This document shows, piece by piece, positions 1 through 11,262 of a DNA stretch of 64,000 nucleotides (the stretch's first letter is position 1; every line of letters starts with the position of its first letter). Made by a program: the position numbers and the translations under genes. Source of the DNA: Heteronotia binoei (taxonomy: Eukaryota); the NCBI RefSeq assembly GCF_032191835.1, contig NC_083232.1:104966001-105030000 (forward strand), in the 5' to 3' direction. The notes beneath the pieces are model-generated. The model searched no databases. It saw only the letters and a list, made by a program, of their open reading frames with translations, and had not been told where the DNA came from.

Positions 1-2
1 GG

Positions 3-278
3 GGGGCGAGCCCCAAGACGACACCGGGACCCCTCAAGTGCTACCAGTGCAGGGACCCGAGCCACTTGGCGGCCAACTGCCCGGAGAGGATGCGAGCCAG
101 CACCCCGGTGACGAAGGGGCCAACCAGCGGCATCAAGAAGCCTGGCAAGCCGAAGGAATCGGGTCGCAGCAGCATCGCCCTGTCGATGGTGCTTGACGAG
201 GATTCTATAATGATGGAGGAGCTGGGGGACGACATCTGGGAAGCCGAGCCGGCGGGAAACGAGGACGACCTGCACTAG
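3..278 (+). CDS. Gag C-terminus of element A (partial)
   Basis: Frame from position 3 reads GASPKTTPGPLKCYQCRDPSHLAANC (CX2CX4HX4C knuckle) through to TAG at 276-278. Nearly identical to the Gag end of element B. Confidence 0.93.
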   Translation, partial: GASPKTTPGPLKCYQCRDPSHLAANCPERMRASTPVTKGPTSGIKKPGKPKESGRSSIALSMVLDEDSIMMEELGDDIWEAEPAGNEDDLH

Positions 279-315
279 AGGGTGCCCAGCGGCAGGTCCC
301 AGAGAGAGCGGCACC
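254..315 (+). promoter_or_regulatory. -1 programmed ribosomal frameshift signal: slippery GGGAAAC plus downstream pseudoknot
   Basis: G GGA AAC at 254-260 in the gag frame, with pol in the -1 frame. 6-nt spacer. Stems GACCTGC(267-273)/GCAGGTC(292-298) and GGTGCC(281-286)/GGCACC(310-315). Confidence 0.85.
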
Positions 316-3300
316 ACTATGGGTGAGAATTGTGGGGGAACTGATGTTCATCCCATTGACTTTACTAAATGTCAAGCTTATACGCTTTGTACATGCTCGG
401 GCACTCATAGACTCGGGGTGTACGTGGGAGCTCATAACCCCGCGTTTTGTGGACATGTTGGAAACGGGGCGCGAGCGGCTGCCCCGACCCCTTGAGTTTG
501 AGCAGATGGACGGGACACGAATGAGGGGGGAGCCCTGCGTCGAGCGAACGCAGGAGATACTCATGGGGGTAGAGGACCACTGGGACTTGGAGGTGTTCGT
601 GATTGCCCCCTCTTGCTCCTTCGATATCGTCCTGGGAGTGGGGTGGCTGGCCAGGCACCAGCCGGACATTCAGTGGGGGAGCACACCATTGACTTCCTCG
701 ACCGGCGGTGCACGTCGCATCTGTGGCGGGAATCCTGGGGCCCCCAGCCACCCCCTAAAAACGAAAAGATATGCGTGACGATAGAAGAAATCAGGTCTGT
801 CCCAAGGGAATACAGGGACCTAAAAGGGGCCTTTAGCGAGACTGAAGCGGATGAGCTGCCGCCCCATCGCGCCACTGACTGCGCGATAGAGCTCATCCCT
901 GGGCAGCCGCTCCCAAAGGCTAAGTTGTACTCTATGGGCTGGGCGGAGAAGGAGGAACTGCGGAAGTTCCTTGACAAGAACCTCCGCCGGGGATTCATCC
1001 GCCTGGCCACGGCGCCCCACGCTGCCCCCGTGTTATTCCGCAAGAAGAAGGATGGAAATCTTAGACTTTGCACAGATTTTCGCGGGATTAATGGGATTTC
1101 AATGTCCAACGCCTACCCCATCCCCCTCATCAAGGACCTACTGAGCACGGTCTCAGAGGGGTCGATATTCACCAAGCTGGATCTGCGCGATGCCTATCTT
1201 AGAGTTCGAATCAAGGAAGGGGATGAGTGGAAGACGGCGTTCAACACGCCGATGGGGCAATTTGAGTATTTGGTGATGCCGTTCGGCTTGCAGGGAGCCC
1301 CGGGGGTGTTCATGAACTTTATAAATGAGGTCTTGCGGAAGTACCTGTACCGGGGGGTGGTGGTTTACCTGGATGACATCATTATTTACTCGAAAGACAT
1401 GCCCTCCCACGTCAAATTGGTCCGGGAGGTGCTGACCACCCTCTACGAAAACAAACTCTACGCCAAATTGTCCAAGTGCGAGTTCCATAAGGAAGAATTG
1501 GACTACTTGGGGTTTCGGGTCTCGGGGAAGGCGTTAGCCATGGACCCCGCCAAAATTCAGGCCGTACTAGAGTGGGAGCCCCCGAGGACACGTAGACAGC
1601 TCCAATCTTTCCTCGGTTTCGCAAATTTTTACAGAACGTTCATCCAGGGGTTCGCCAAGGTGGCCCTCCCCCTCACCAACCTGCTACAGACGAAGGGGAA
1701 GGGACCGGAGGCGAAGAAACCGGGGGCGAAACTAAACTGGACTAGCCAGTGCCAAGAGGCGTTTGATACCCTCAAGCGCCTCTTCACGAGCGAGCCGGTG
1801 CTAGTGCACCCGAACGAGCTCAAGCCCTTTGTGGTTCAATGCGACGCCTCTGACACGGCCGTGGGAGCCATACTCATGCAGAAAGATGAGGGGGGCTGCC
1901 TGAGACCCTGTGCATACATTTCCAAAAAATTCTCAGGCGAGCAGAGAAACTGGTCCGTGTGGGACAAAGAAGCCTACGCCGTCACTTTCGCTTTAAAAAC
2001 ATGGCGGTCGTGGCTGGAAGGGGCTAGAGTTCCCTTCGAAATTTGGACTGACCACAAAAATTTAGAAGCCCTAACCGGGCGCCGAAAATTGACTGGCAAG
2101 CAGATTCGATGGGCTGGGTTCTTCGCCAAGTTCGATTTCACCCTCCGCCACATCCCTGGTTCAAAGAACTTCTTAGCTGACGTGCTCTCGAGGCTCCCAC
2201 AACATGAGAGCGAGCGAGAGGAAGTCATAGACTCTTTCATCCCCCCCGAAGCGGTGGCGGGAGCGGTAAAGACACGCTCGCAAGCGGCCGCCTCCCCGAG
2301 CGGGCCGTGGGGGGGAAGCAAGTTGATCTCAGAAGCCGAGGCGGAAGGGAAAAACCGCCCGGAGGGAGTGGAGAAGGGGGAAGGAGGGTTTTGGTTCCAT
2401 GAAGGGAAACTCTACGTCCCCAAATCCCTGCGGGTGGAGGTGCTCCAGCATTGCCACACGAATAAACTGGCCGGTCACGACGGCTATGTAAAAACCCTAC
2501 ACATGGTGCATAGGCAGTTTTGGTGGCCCCAAATGAAAAAGGACATTTCGGAATTTGTGCAAACGTGCCCAACGTGCTTGATGGCCAAGCGGAGGGGTGG
2601 GAAAGTGCCGGGTTTGCTCCAACCCCTCCCCTCCGCTGAACGGCCCTGGTCGGTGATATCGATGGACTTCATTGTAGAACTACCTCCCTCGCGGGGGCGA
2701 ACCGTGATCCTAGTGGTCGTGGACACATTTTCTAAGCAGGCCCACTTCATTCCCTGCCGCAAACTTCCCACCGCCAAAGAGCTGGCCCACCTATTCTTTG
2801 TGCACGTGGCCCGGATCCACTCGTTCCCCGACAAGGTCATTAGCGACCGCGGGCCACAGTTCGTTGCCAACTTTTGGCGGGAGTTCTGCAAGCTACTCGG
2901 GATGGAGCAGGGTTTAAGCTCTGCCTACCACCCGCAAACGGACGGCCAAAGCGAGCGGGTGAACGGGCTTCTCGAGCAATACCTAAGGTGCTATATAAAC
3001 TTCCAGAAGTCCAACTGGGTGGAACTGCTGCCCTTTGCGGAATACAGTTACAACAACAGTCTGCACGGGTCCATCAAAGTTTCCCCCTTCCAAGCTGTGC
3101 ACGGCTACGAGGGAAAGCCTCTCCCAACCCTCCCGGGGGGTGACCGCCCTGCGCTTTCACCGGAATGCCAGCAGTGGTGGAAATCTCTAGAGAGCTCTTG
3201 GAAAATCATCCAAGAAAATTTGGAAGAGGCAAAGAGAGACTATAAAGCCCAGTTCGACAAGAAACACAGCCCGGGGTGGGACTTCAAAGTTGGGGACACG

Positions 3301-3726
3301 GTGTTTCTGTCAACAAAAAACCTCCCGCTTCCCCAGACCTCCCGGAAGCTAGCCTATCGGTTCCTAGGCCCGTTTAAAATCAAGCGGGTGATTAATAAGG
3401 TGACCGTGGAACTGGACTTTCCCAAGCTGTTCAGTAAAATACACCCTGTTTTCCATTGCAGTCTTATCCGTCGAGATCCGGGTGGGTCGAGGTGGCACCC
3501 TCGGGGCCCCGAGCCGGAGCCTATCCTGGTGCGGGGCCAGAGACACCACGAAGTGAAGGAGATCCTCGACTCTAGAGTGCACCGGGGGGCCTTGCAGTAT
3601 TTGGTGCGCTGGCGCTATTTCCCGCCTAGCTGCGATGAGTGGGTCCAAGCTTCAGATCTTAATGCTCCCAAACTGCTTAAGCAATTTTACCTACTGCACC
3701 CAGACAAGCCCCAAGCAAGAGCTTAG
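254..3726 (+). pseudogene. Pol (PR-RT-RH-IN-chromodomain) of element A, one frameshift at about 675-679
   Basis: Motifs LIDSGC (protease), YLDD (RT), HHCC plus SMDF/ISDRG/SERVN (integrase) and a C-terminal chromodomain. The protease frame (323..778) and the RT frame (613..3726) are separated by a G5 run where element B has G6. Confidence 0.93.
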
Positions 3727-3737
3727 GGGGGGCAGTA

Positions 3738-4221
3738 TGTCAGCTTGTGTTCAATTGCCTGCTATTGATACTAACCATGTTGCCTATACTGTTTGTTTGT
3801 TTAAAGACTAACCCCATTGCACCTCTGTAGAATGTTAGACATGTGGGGGGGGGGGCGAAGGAGGAAGGGAGGGGAGCCCTGGGCGCCAAGAGCAATAAAT
3901 GGCTGGCAGAACAGAGAGAGACAACGATGCCGTTTCCCAGGCCCCCCCAAGGCCACCGGCCGAAGGGAGGAGTACGAATGGTTCAGGAAGATAGATAACA
4001 GACGTGTGAAGCTCGTACCTCAGTGAGAGAAAAGTAACTTTGTTTTGAGAATGATTTAAAGCCCCCTTTGATGTACTCCCATATATGCCCCAAGCTAGTC
4101 AATGTATGTTATCACTCTCAAAGCTCTTCAACTGCAGAGACATTGTATTTCTAATAAAGAAACTTATTTCACAAAGAAAGAGTTCTATTATTCTGGAATT
4201 CCTATGAACCCTGCGGTGACA
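3738..4221 (+). repeat. 3' LTR of element A (484 bp), preceded by polypurine tract 3725-3732
   Basis: TGTCAGC...GGTGACA termini. TATA-like ATATAT at 4081, AATAAA at 4153. Homologous to the element B LTRs. Confidence 0.92.
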
Positions 4222-4598
4222 GGCTTGAGGGATGTTTACTTAGCCTCAACCAGGACAAGGACTTTTTCAGCCCTTGCCCCAACCTGGAGGAAGATGTTCC
4301 CACCTGAGATCAGGGGCCGGCGGGGCTTTCTACAGTTCTGCAGGGCCTGTAAAACGGAGCTGTTCCGCCAGGCTTTGGGATGAGGCAGCGGCCCTTTGAC
4401 TATTCTGGCCTCCCCCGTGTTCTGCTGCTCTTCCCTGGAGGCTTTTCTTTGTCTGACATGAGGCCTAGGCTCTTGTTATTGTTTACTGTACTAGCTATTA
4501 TTTTACTGCTTTTACTGTTGATGGGTTTTATGTTGTAAGCCACCCTGAGTCCACTCATGGGGAAAGGTGAGGCACAAAATACACAAACAAACAAATAA
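4222..4598 (+). mobile_element. L2 LINE 3' fragment (element A inserted into it)
   Basis: Resembles the end of the full L2 at 35800-36180: ORF2 C-terminal codons (KTELFRQA), TTGTAAGCCACCCTGAG motif and an A-rich tail. Confidence 0.7.
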
Positions 4599-4819
4599 AA
4601 CCAGAGGTTTGCCTAGACCCAGGACCTTGTCAGAGTACAATAATGAGCCTGCAAAAAAGGCCAGGGACTTCCTTGCTATCAGGTGAAAGAATGCAGCTCC
4701 CGAGGGAGTAGAAATGGCTGTATCTCTAGGGGTTGAAGGCACACTGGCTAGTGCTGTTCCAAAGCAGTGTGTTTTGTTGGTTTGCTTGTTTCTTAAAAGG
4801 TGTCAGTATTTATATAGAG

Positions 4820-4955
4820 CAGGGGTGGCCAACGGTAGCTCTCCAGATATTTTTTGCCTACAACTCCCATCAGCCCCAGCCATTGGCCATGCTGTCTGGG
4901 GCTGATAGGAGTTGTAGGCAAAAAACATTTGGAGAACTACCGTTGGCCACCCCTG
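4820..4955. mobile_element. hAT-type MITE (136 bp, near-palindromic)
   Basis: TIRs CAGGGGTGGCCAACGGTAG / CTACCGTTGGCCACCCCTG. 8-bp TSD ATATAGAG/CTATAGAG. Second copy at 48401. Confidence 0.85.
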
Positions 4956-5280
4956 CTATAGAGTGTTGTACTAATTCCCAGCAACTCTTCCTTCAGGACT
5001 TGGAAGGAGCCCCCTCCCCCCGCTCTGCTGGCAGCCACTCTGTCCCAGAGGGCTCTCAGCCAGCAAGTGGCAAGCCTAGAGAGGACTCCTGGTGACAGTC
5101 GGGCTCCTGCAGTCATGTGATTTAGCAACAGTGACAGTTGTGGCAGAAAATTTCTAAATCGTAATGTTTACATAAACATCCAAGAGCAGGAAACGGCAGG
5201 TTCAGCCAGGGTGGCCAGACAGGGTCACAGCTGGATAATGATGAGAGCTAGAAATATATGAGAAGACCTAACTGAGGCCA

Positions 5281-5620
5281 TCATAGAATTGTAGAGTTCA
5301 AAGGGACCTCCAGGGTCATCTAGTCCAACCCCCTGAATAATGCAGGAAACTCACAAGCACCTCCCCCCTATACCCAAACCCAGTGACCCATGCCTCTAAG
5401 AAGGCAAAGAACCTCCAGGATCTCTGGCTAGCCTGGCCTGGAGAACAATTGCTGACTCACCCCAAAGTGGGGATCAGCATTCCCCTGGGTGGGTAAGAAG
5501 GGGCCACAAGGACTCGGTACTCCTTCCTGCCTGCCTTCTCATGATCTGCCTGAGTTCACAGAACCAGCACTGATGCCAGATCGCCATCCAGCCTATGGCT
5601 AAAAACCTCCAAAGAAGGCC
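5281..5620 (-). mobile_element. Old CR1 3'-end fragment
   Basis: CATAGAATTGTAGAGTT...GGGACCTCCAGGGTCATCTAGTCCAACCCCCTG is the reverse complement of a typical reptile CR1 3' end. Similar short pieces at about 15412, 18955 and 48715. Confidence 0.6.
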
Positions 5621-7763
5621 ACTTTTGGTCTTTGTTTTTACAAGATGGAAGAGGCTCACAACATCCTGGAATTTTATGAGTCTCCCCCCCCCCCACACAC
5701 ACACACATGAGTTTTTGCATTTGTGGTCCAGATAACTGCAGAGTCTCGATTCGCACAAGCTGCCCCCCCCCCCCCAGCCCTTTCCAAGCCTGCCCAACTG
5801 CCTGCCTGCCTGCCTGGGAACTCTCGCGCGCCGTCTTTTCTTTTTGCTCCTTAAAGTTCACTTTTTTTGTCAAGAGCCGCATCCACCCAGGTCCTTCCTT
5901 CCCCTGCCTGCTTTGCCCCCTTGGAACCTCAGGAGGCTGACGGGCACCACTCCCATGGGGCAGGGGGGTTGATTTTTTAACAAGAAAGTGTATTTAATAC
6001 TTTCTACATATAAATCACCCTACAATTTAAAAAACTGAAAAATTACTGGAATGTGGAGTAAACTTGAAAAGTGAAGTCTGTAAGAACGGACTTCTACAAT
6101 CAAGAAAACAACCAACAGAAAACCAGAGCAAGGAAAGCTAACAATACATCTCAGGTCTGATCAAAAAATGGCCCCCACAAGATGGTTTGAAATCCACTCC
6201 CTAGCACAGGAGAGGGACCTCTGCCCTGAAATATCTGGGACCTGCTGATAAGAGTGGGGGGGGGGGGGACTCCAAATTCACATACAAATGGGGGGGGGGG
6301 AGGAAAAGGCCAAGGGCTCACTTTCCCCAAAACACTTCACAGATAAAAATAACAGGTAAAACCACAAAAAAGAAAGCTTACCAAACCATCCCCAACCAAT
6401 AATTAAGGAACAATTCCATTGCTAACTATATAACAGTATTTCTAATAACTGTATTCAGGGCTGCCACCTTTCCAACTCTTGATATCCCCTCCCCTCCCCT
6501 CCCCTGAGGAGTCTCCAGTCTGGACACAGAGCTTGAACATCTGCACCAAAACAACCATTCCTCTGTGCTTTGTTATCCTCCAGTCCATTTCTACTTTGCT
6601 TGGTTCTTTGGATGTTCTGATTCCTGTTCTTGCGGTGCTCCCTCAGGAGGGTGAGGCTGGCTTCCCAGGGTTCTGGGCTCTGCTTCCTGCCAAGCAATAA
6701 GCTTCCTCCCGTCCTCTCTCAGCCTGCGACTTTGGGCTTTCTTGGGCTTTCAGGACTTCCCCAACTTTCAGGACGAAGCTGTTGCTCAAGCCCCTTTACT
6801 CCCAGGCTGGTCTCTTGCCAGGCATGCCCTGCTGAAGATCCTCCAAGGGCCACCCAGCCCAGCCCGTCAGGTCGCTCCCTCAGCCCCTCCTCTCCCGTGC
6901 CGGGTCTTCCCCCTCCTCCTCCTCTGCACTGCCGCACAACTCAGGCTCTACCAGGCTTGCCTGGAGAAATCACCAACTCAGAAGAATTGAATGGTTTTGA
7001 GGAGCTTTTTAGCATGAGAGGACGAATTCTCCTGTCTGTCACTACTCTGCAAGCTGTCATTCCTTAAGAGGCAAGGCGCCTTTGCACTTTCAGCAGCAGC
7101 GCTGGAATTGTTTGGCTGGTCAATGTGAGGTGCCATCTCTGCTAGCGAATCTATCAACTTTTGTTAGACCAAAGTGTTGTGTCTCAGTTCTTAGAAGATG
7201 ACTCAGGGAGTAAAGAATGCCACATTTATTTTCCCATCGGCCACAGTTAGGGTTGCCAGGTCCAACTCAGGAAATATCTGGGGACTTTGGGTGTGTAGCC
7301 AGGAGTAAGGTTATGACAAGCACGACTGAACTTTGAAGGGAGTTCTGGCCATCACACTTAAAGGGACCATGTGCCTTTTAAATGCTTTCCCTCCATTGGA
7401 AATAATGTAGGATAGGGGCGCCTTCTTTGGGGGCTCATAGAACGGGACCCCCTGAAACTTGGGGGATTTTCTGAGGAGAGGCAGCAGATGCTATGCTGAA
7501 GATCTGGTGCCTTTACCTAAAAAAACCCAGACACCCCCCCCCCCCAGAGCCCCAGCTACTCACTGATCAATTCTCCATTATACCCTATGGAGACAGGTCC
7601 ATTATACCCAATGGAGGTGGGAGGAAAGTCTGAATTGGTCATCACAAGAACAGCTCCTCCCCCGCACTCCCCTCCTCCACACTCAACGGTTGGGGGGCTA
7701 GGGAGGAGGTAAGGAAGAAGGAGATTTACCTGCTCCCTTTGACAGATCATCTTTTACGTGGCT

Positions 7764-8069
7764 GCGGCCCTGTGGCGCAGAGTGGTAAAGCAGCAGTACT
7801 GCAGTACTGTGGTCTGAACTCTCTGCTCACAACCTGAGTTAAATTCCGGCAGAAGCTGGATTCAGGTAGCTGGCCCAAGGTTGACTCAGCCTTCCATCCT
7901 TCCGAGGTCAGTAAAATGAGTGCCCAGCTTGCTGGGGGGAAAGCGTAGAGGACTGGGGAAGCCAATGGCAAACCACCCCGTAAAAAGTCTGCCGTAAAAA
8001 CTTTGTGAAAGCAACGTCACCCCAGAGTCGGAAACGACTGGTGCTTGCACAGGGTTAGGGACCTTTCCT
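7764..8069 (+). mobile_element. Sauria-type SINE (tRNA-derived head, ACCTTT tail)
   Basis: A-box-like GTGGCGCAGAGTGG head, conserved body shared with copies at 9193 and 42013, tail GGGACCTTT. Confidence 0.88.
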
Positions 8070-9136
8070 ATCCTTGGTTGATATTGAAGGAGAATGGAAA
8101 TCAGAAGGTCTGTCTCATGTTTTCTTCTCCATTATTGCTAAAAAGCACTTAGAAAATATCAGAGGCTGGGCATTTGCCCAGTAATTAATACAAATATAAG
8201 CTCTAACTGTTCCAAGTCAGCTAAAAAAAAGCTAAAGTGTTTTGGTTGGAGCCAGTTAAAATTCATTTTTGGAAGTATAGTATAAATAAGTAAAACCACA
8301 GAGTATCTAAAAAGTAGTGTTATCTTACCACCATTTTAAGATTACAGAGATTACAGAAAATTCATTTTAAGATTTCTGATATTGCACCTGTATTGTCTAA
8401 CGTTTTATTGCGTCATGTTTATATTTGTTTTAAATTGGCTTAATGTAGAGGTTTACTGATCTGTAAGCTGCCCTGAGCCTGCTTCAGCAGGGAGGGTGGG
8501 ACATAAACCAAATAAAGAAATACCTCCATCATCTTGCCGGCAAGCCCCTGCCTGGGATCTTGACAGGACCACCCCCCCCCCCCCCCGCTATCCTGCCCCG
8601 AAAGCGGAATTCCACCAAGGCGTGGGAAGTCAAGTCTTTCCCAACATCTGGGAGAGATTTTTATCGCTGCCTGAATCACACACTTGGGAATCCTTCCACA
8701 CAAAACAAACTGAAGGGGAAAGAAACCCAAGCACTTAAAACAGGTAGGTACTCAAAAGCAGGTTTGAGGGCAGGTTTATAATATTTGAGCACACTCAAAA
8801 GATGCTAAATGCTGGGCTAAAGGAAGGACAATGGTTGAGAGAAAATGCACTTTTTGAGAGCTGACTCAAAAATACACAATAGGTCTATTTATGAGAAGTG
8901 AACCTCAATTTGGAGTACTGTAAACCTGTTCCCCCCTCCCCCCCCCCCCGCCACCCACAGACAGGTTTCAAAGGTCTGCAAGAGTATGCTCCGGAGGTGG
9001 CACAGGAAACTGAGATGTGTTTGGCCTCTTGATTTTATGTGCACCGTCCTTTTGGTCTGTAGTGAAGTGTGGACATGTGGATAGTACTATTCAACAATTG
9101 TATTTTATTTTTTAAGTATTTTTCATGTTTTTAAAT

Positions 9137-9139
<3 letters not shown>

Positions 9140-9192
<53 letters not shown>
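9140..9192. repeat. (AT)n microsatellite, about 26 units
   Basis: Perfect dinucleotide run abutting a SINE tail. Confidence 0.98.
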
Positions 9193-9196
<4 letters not shown>

Positions 9197-9488
9197 GTAA
9201 AGGTAGTCCCCTGTGCAAGCACCAGTCGTTTTTGACTCTGGGGTGATGTTGCTTTCACAATGTTTTTGCGGCAGACTTTTTACGGGGTGGTTTGTCATTG
9301 CCTTCCCCAGTCCTCTACACTTTTTCCCCAGCAAGCTGGGTACTCATTTTACCGACTCAGAAGAATGAAAGGCTGAGTCAACCTGGAGCCGACTACCTGA
9401 ACCAGCTTCTGCTGGGATCGAACTCAGGTCGTGAGCAGAGGGCTCCGACTGCTGTACTGCAGCTTTACCACTCTGCGCCACGGGGCTC
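9193..9488 (-). mobile_element. Sauria-type SINE
   Basis: Reverse complement begins GAGCCCCGTGGCGCAGAGTGG and ends (ACCTTT)2. Confidence 0.9.
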
Positions 9489-10499
9489 TTTTGTTAATTG
9501 TTATAGAGTGGAATAAATATATGCAGCATGTTTTAATTGTTAAACTCAACTTCTGAATCCTTCCACACATGGACGCAGGTGCATTCATCAGTGTTCAGCC
9601 CAGACTAATAACTGCCCCCTTGAAATCAACTGATCCCCAAACCCACTGAAGTCACCAAAGAGCAAAAAGAGTGGCCGGGACTGCTCCACCCCATTTCCCA
9701 ACCAATCGTTGTTACCCTGCTCTCTTAGAGGGATGCAGATAGGGAAGAGGGAAGCCACGGGGGCGCATGGCATGCAGGGGTGGCATAAGTGTCCTCTCAG
9801 AGCATTGTGTGGCCCCCCCTCCAGAAACAACTCCTTCCTTAGCTGTAAATATGTGGGTGGATCTTTCAGCACCCAGCCAGGCCTGATCCTCCAAGCAGAG
9901 AAGTGTCAGTAGATGCACCCTTGTGCTGGAGGGGCAGAAATTTCCTGAAACTCAAACACTGAGGATGAAAAGGGGCGGTCAGGGATTGAACAGAATCACA
10001 CGGGGATCTGATGCCACAACGATTCCATCGGATGGATTTTGCCAATGAAGAAGGATGCATCAGGCCAGCCACACCAGATTTAGCAGAAAGCGTGGGATGC
10101 TTGTGTTTGGCATGGACTTCCTCAGTCTCCCACAGATGCTGAATGCCCTTCTCCTCACCCAGAGGCCAGTCCTTGATGAGAGAGAGCAGCCTCTGACTTC
10201 TCCAGTTGTAGCCTCAGGAAACAAAATGCCTCTTTCTCCACCTTCAGTCTGTCTCTTAGCAGCACTTGTGGCTTTGGACACCTCTCACTCTTCTGGTCCC
10301 CCCCTGCAAACTGACACACCTCAGGAATCCAGAACAGGAAGTCTGTGAATGTCTCGGAACTGCGAACACTTCAAGCAATACAGTTTAGGTCTCTGAGGCT
10401 GAGCTGGAGAGTACAGACAGCAGATGACAACAGGGTGTGGTATGTTTGGGCAACTAAAAGCAATTACATGGGTATTGATCCAAGTGGGCAGCCGTGTTG

Positions 10500-10715
10500 G
10501 TCTGAAGCAGCAGAACAAAGTAGGAGTCCAGTAGCACCTTTAAGACCAACAAAGTTTTATTCAGAATGGAAGCTTTCTTATGCATGCAGACTTCTTCAGA
10601 CGAGGGGTACCACTGTACCCTATCTCCCCGTCTAAAGAAGTGTGCATGCATACACAAGCTTACATTCTGGATAAAACTTTGTTGGTCTTAAAGGTGCTAC
10701 TGGACTCCTACTTCG
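10500..10715. repeat. Inverted pair of Penelope-like pseudo-LTR fragments with hammerhead-like cores
   Basis: Arms GAGTCCAGTAGCACCTTTAAGACCAACAAAGTTTTATTC and its reverse complement form an imperfect palindrome. Each arm has a CTGAAGA...GAAAGCTT-like motif. Family assignment is from recall of reptile Penelope repeats. Confidence 0.6.
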
Positions 10716-11092
10716 TTACACAGGCATTTGTTTGCATCATGCAGAAACAGAAGCCACGAAATGTCTTTTCTGAAGGTGAACGAAAACAAACACAACACAC
10801 AGATTCCTTCATTAGGGAAGATATCCTTTTAGAAACAAAAAGTCAGCCGCAGAATCCCATCTGCAGGACAGAGATGCTTCCTTTTTTGCCAGTTCCTTTC
10901 CCATGGCATCCTCCAGTGAGGTCCCTGCTGAATGTAAAGGAGCCATATGGCCTCACAGCAACTGGGCGGCCTTGGGGCTCTTGGGCAAGATCCCCTCCAG
11001 CAGATCCTGACCTCCGTCCCTTGGCTGCCTTGGGGAGCCACTGCAACTGCAGCAGGTGAAAGACAGAGGCAGACTTCCCCACACGCGGAGAC

Positions 11093-11262
11093 CAGCCAAG
11101 TTTCATTCTGGGCATAAGGTTTTGTGTGCATTCACACTGAAAAAGTGTGCCTGCACATGAAAACTTATGCCCAGAATTAAACCTTGTTGGCCTTAAAGGT
11201 GCCTGACTGGGCCCAAACTTTGTTCTGCTGCTTCAGGCCAACTTGGCTGGCCACCTGAATCT
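11093..11262. repeat. Second inverted Penelope-like pseudo-LTR remnant
   Basis: Same repeat family as 10500-10715 (CTTGTTGGCCTTAAAGGTGC), with a short inverted arm at 11093-11130. Confidence 0.55.

Larger units (their letters stand above)
1..4221 (+). mobile_element. Ty3/Gypsy chromovirus LTR retrotransposon (element A), 5' part outside window
   Basis: Gag zinc knuckle, protease, RT, RNase H, integrase and chromodomain in Gypsy order, then a G-rich PPT and a 3' LTR TGTCA...TGACA. Confidence 0.97.

Noticed and set aside
2484-2891. Antisense ORF conserved between elements A and B (135 aa; also 52593-53000)
   Set aside because: Shadow of the conserved integrase frame in two closely related copies, so not independent evidence of coding.
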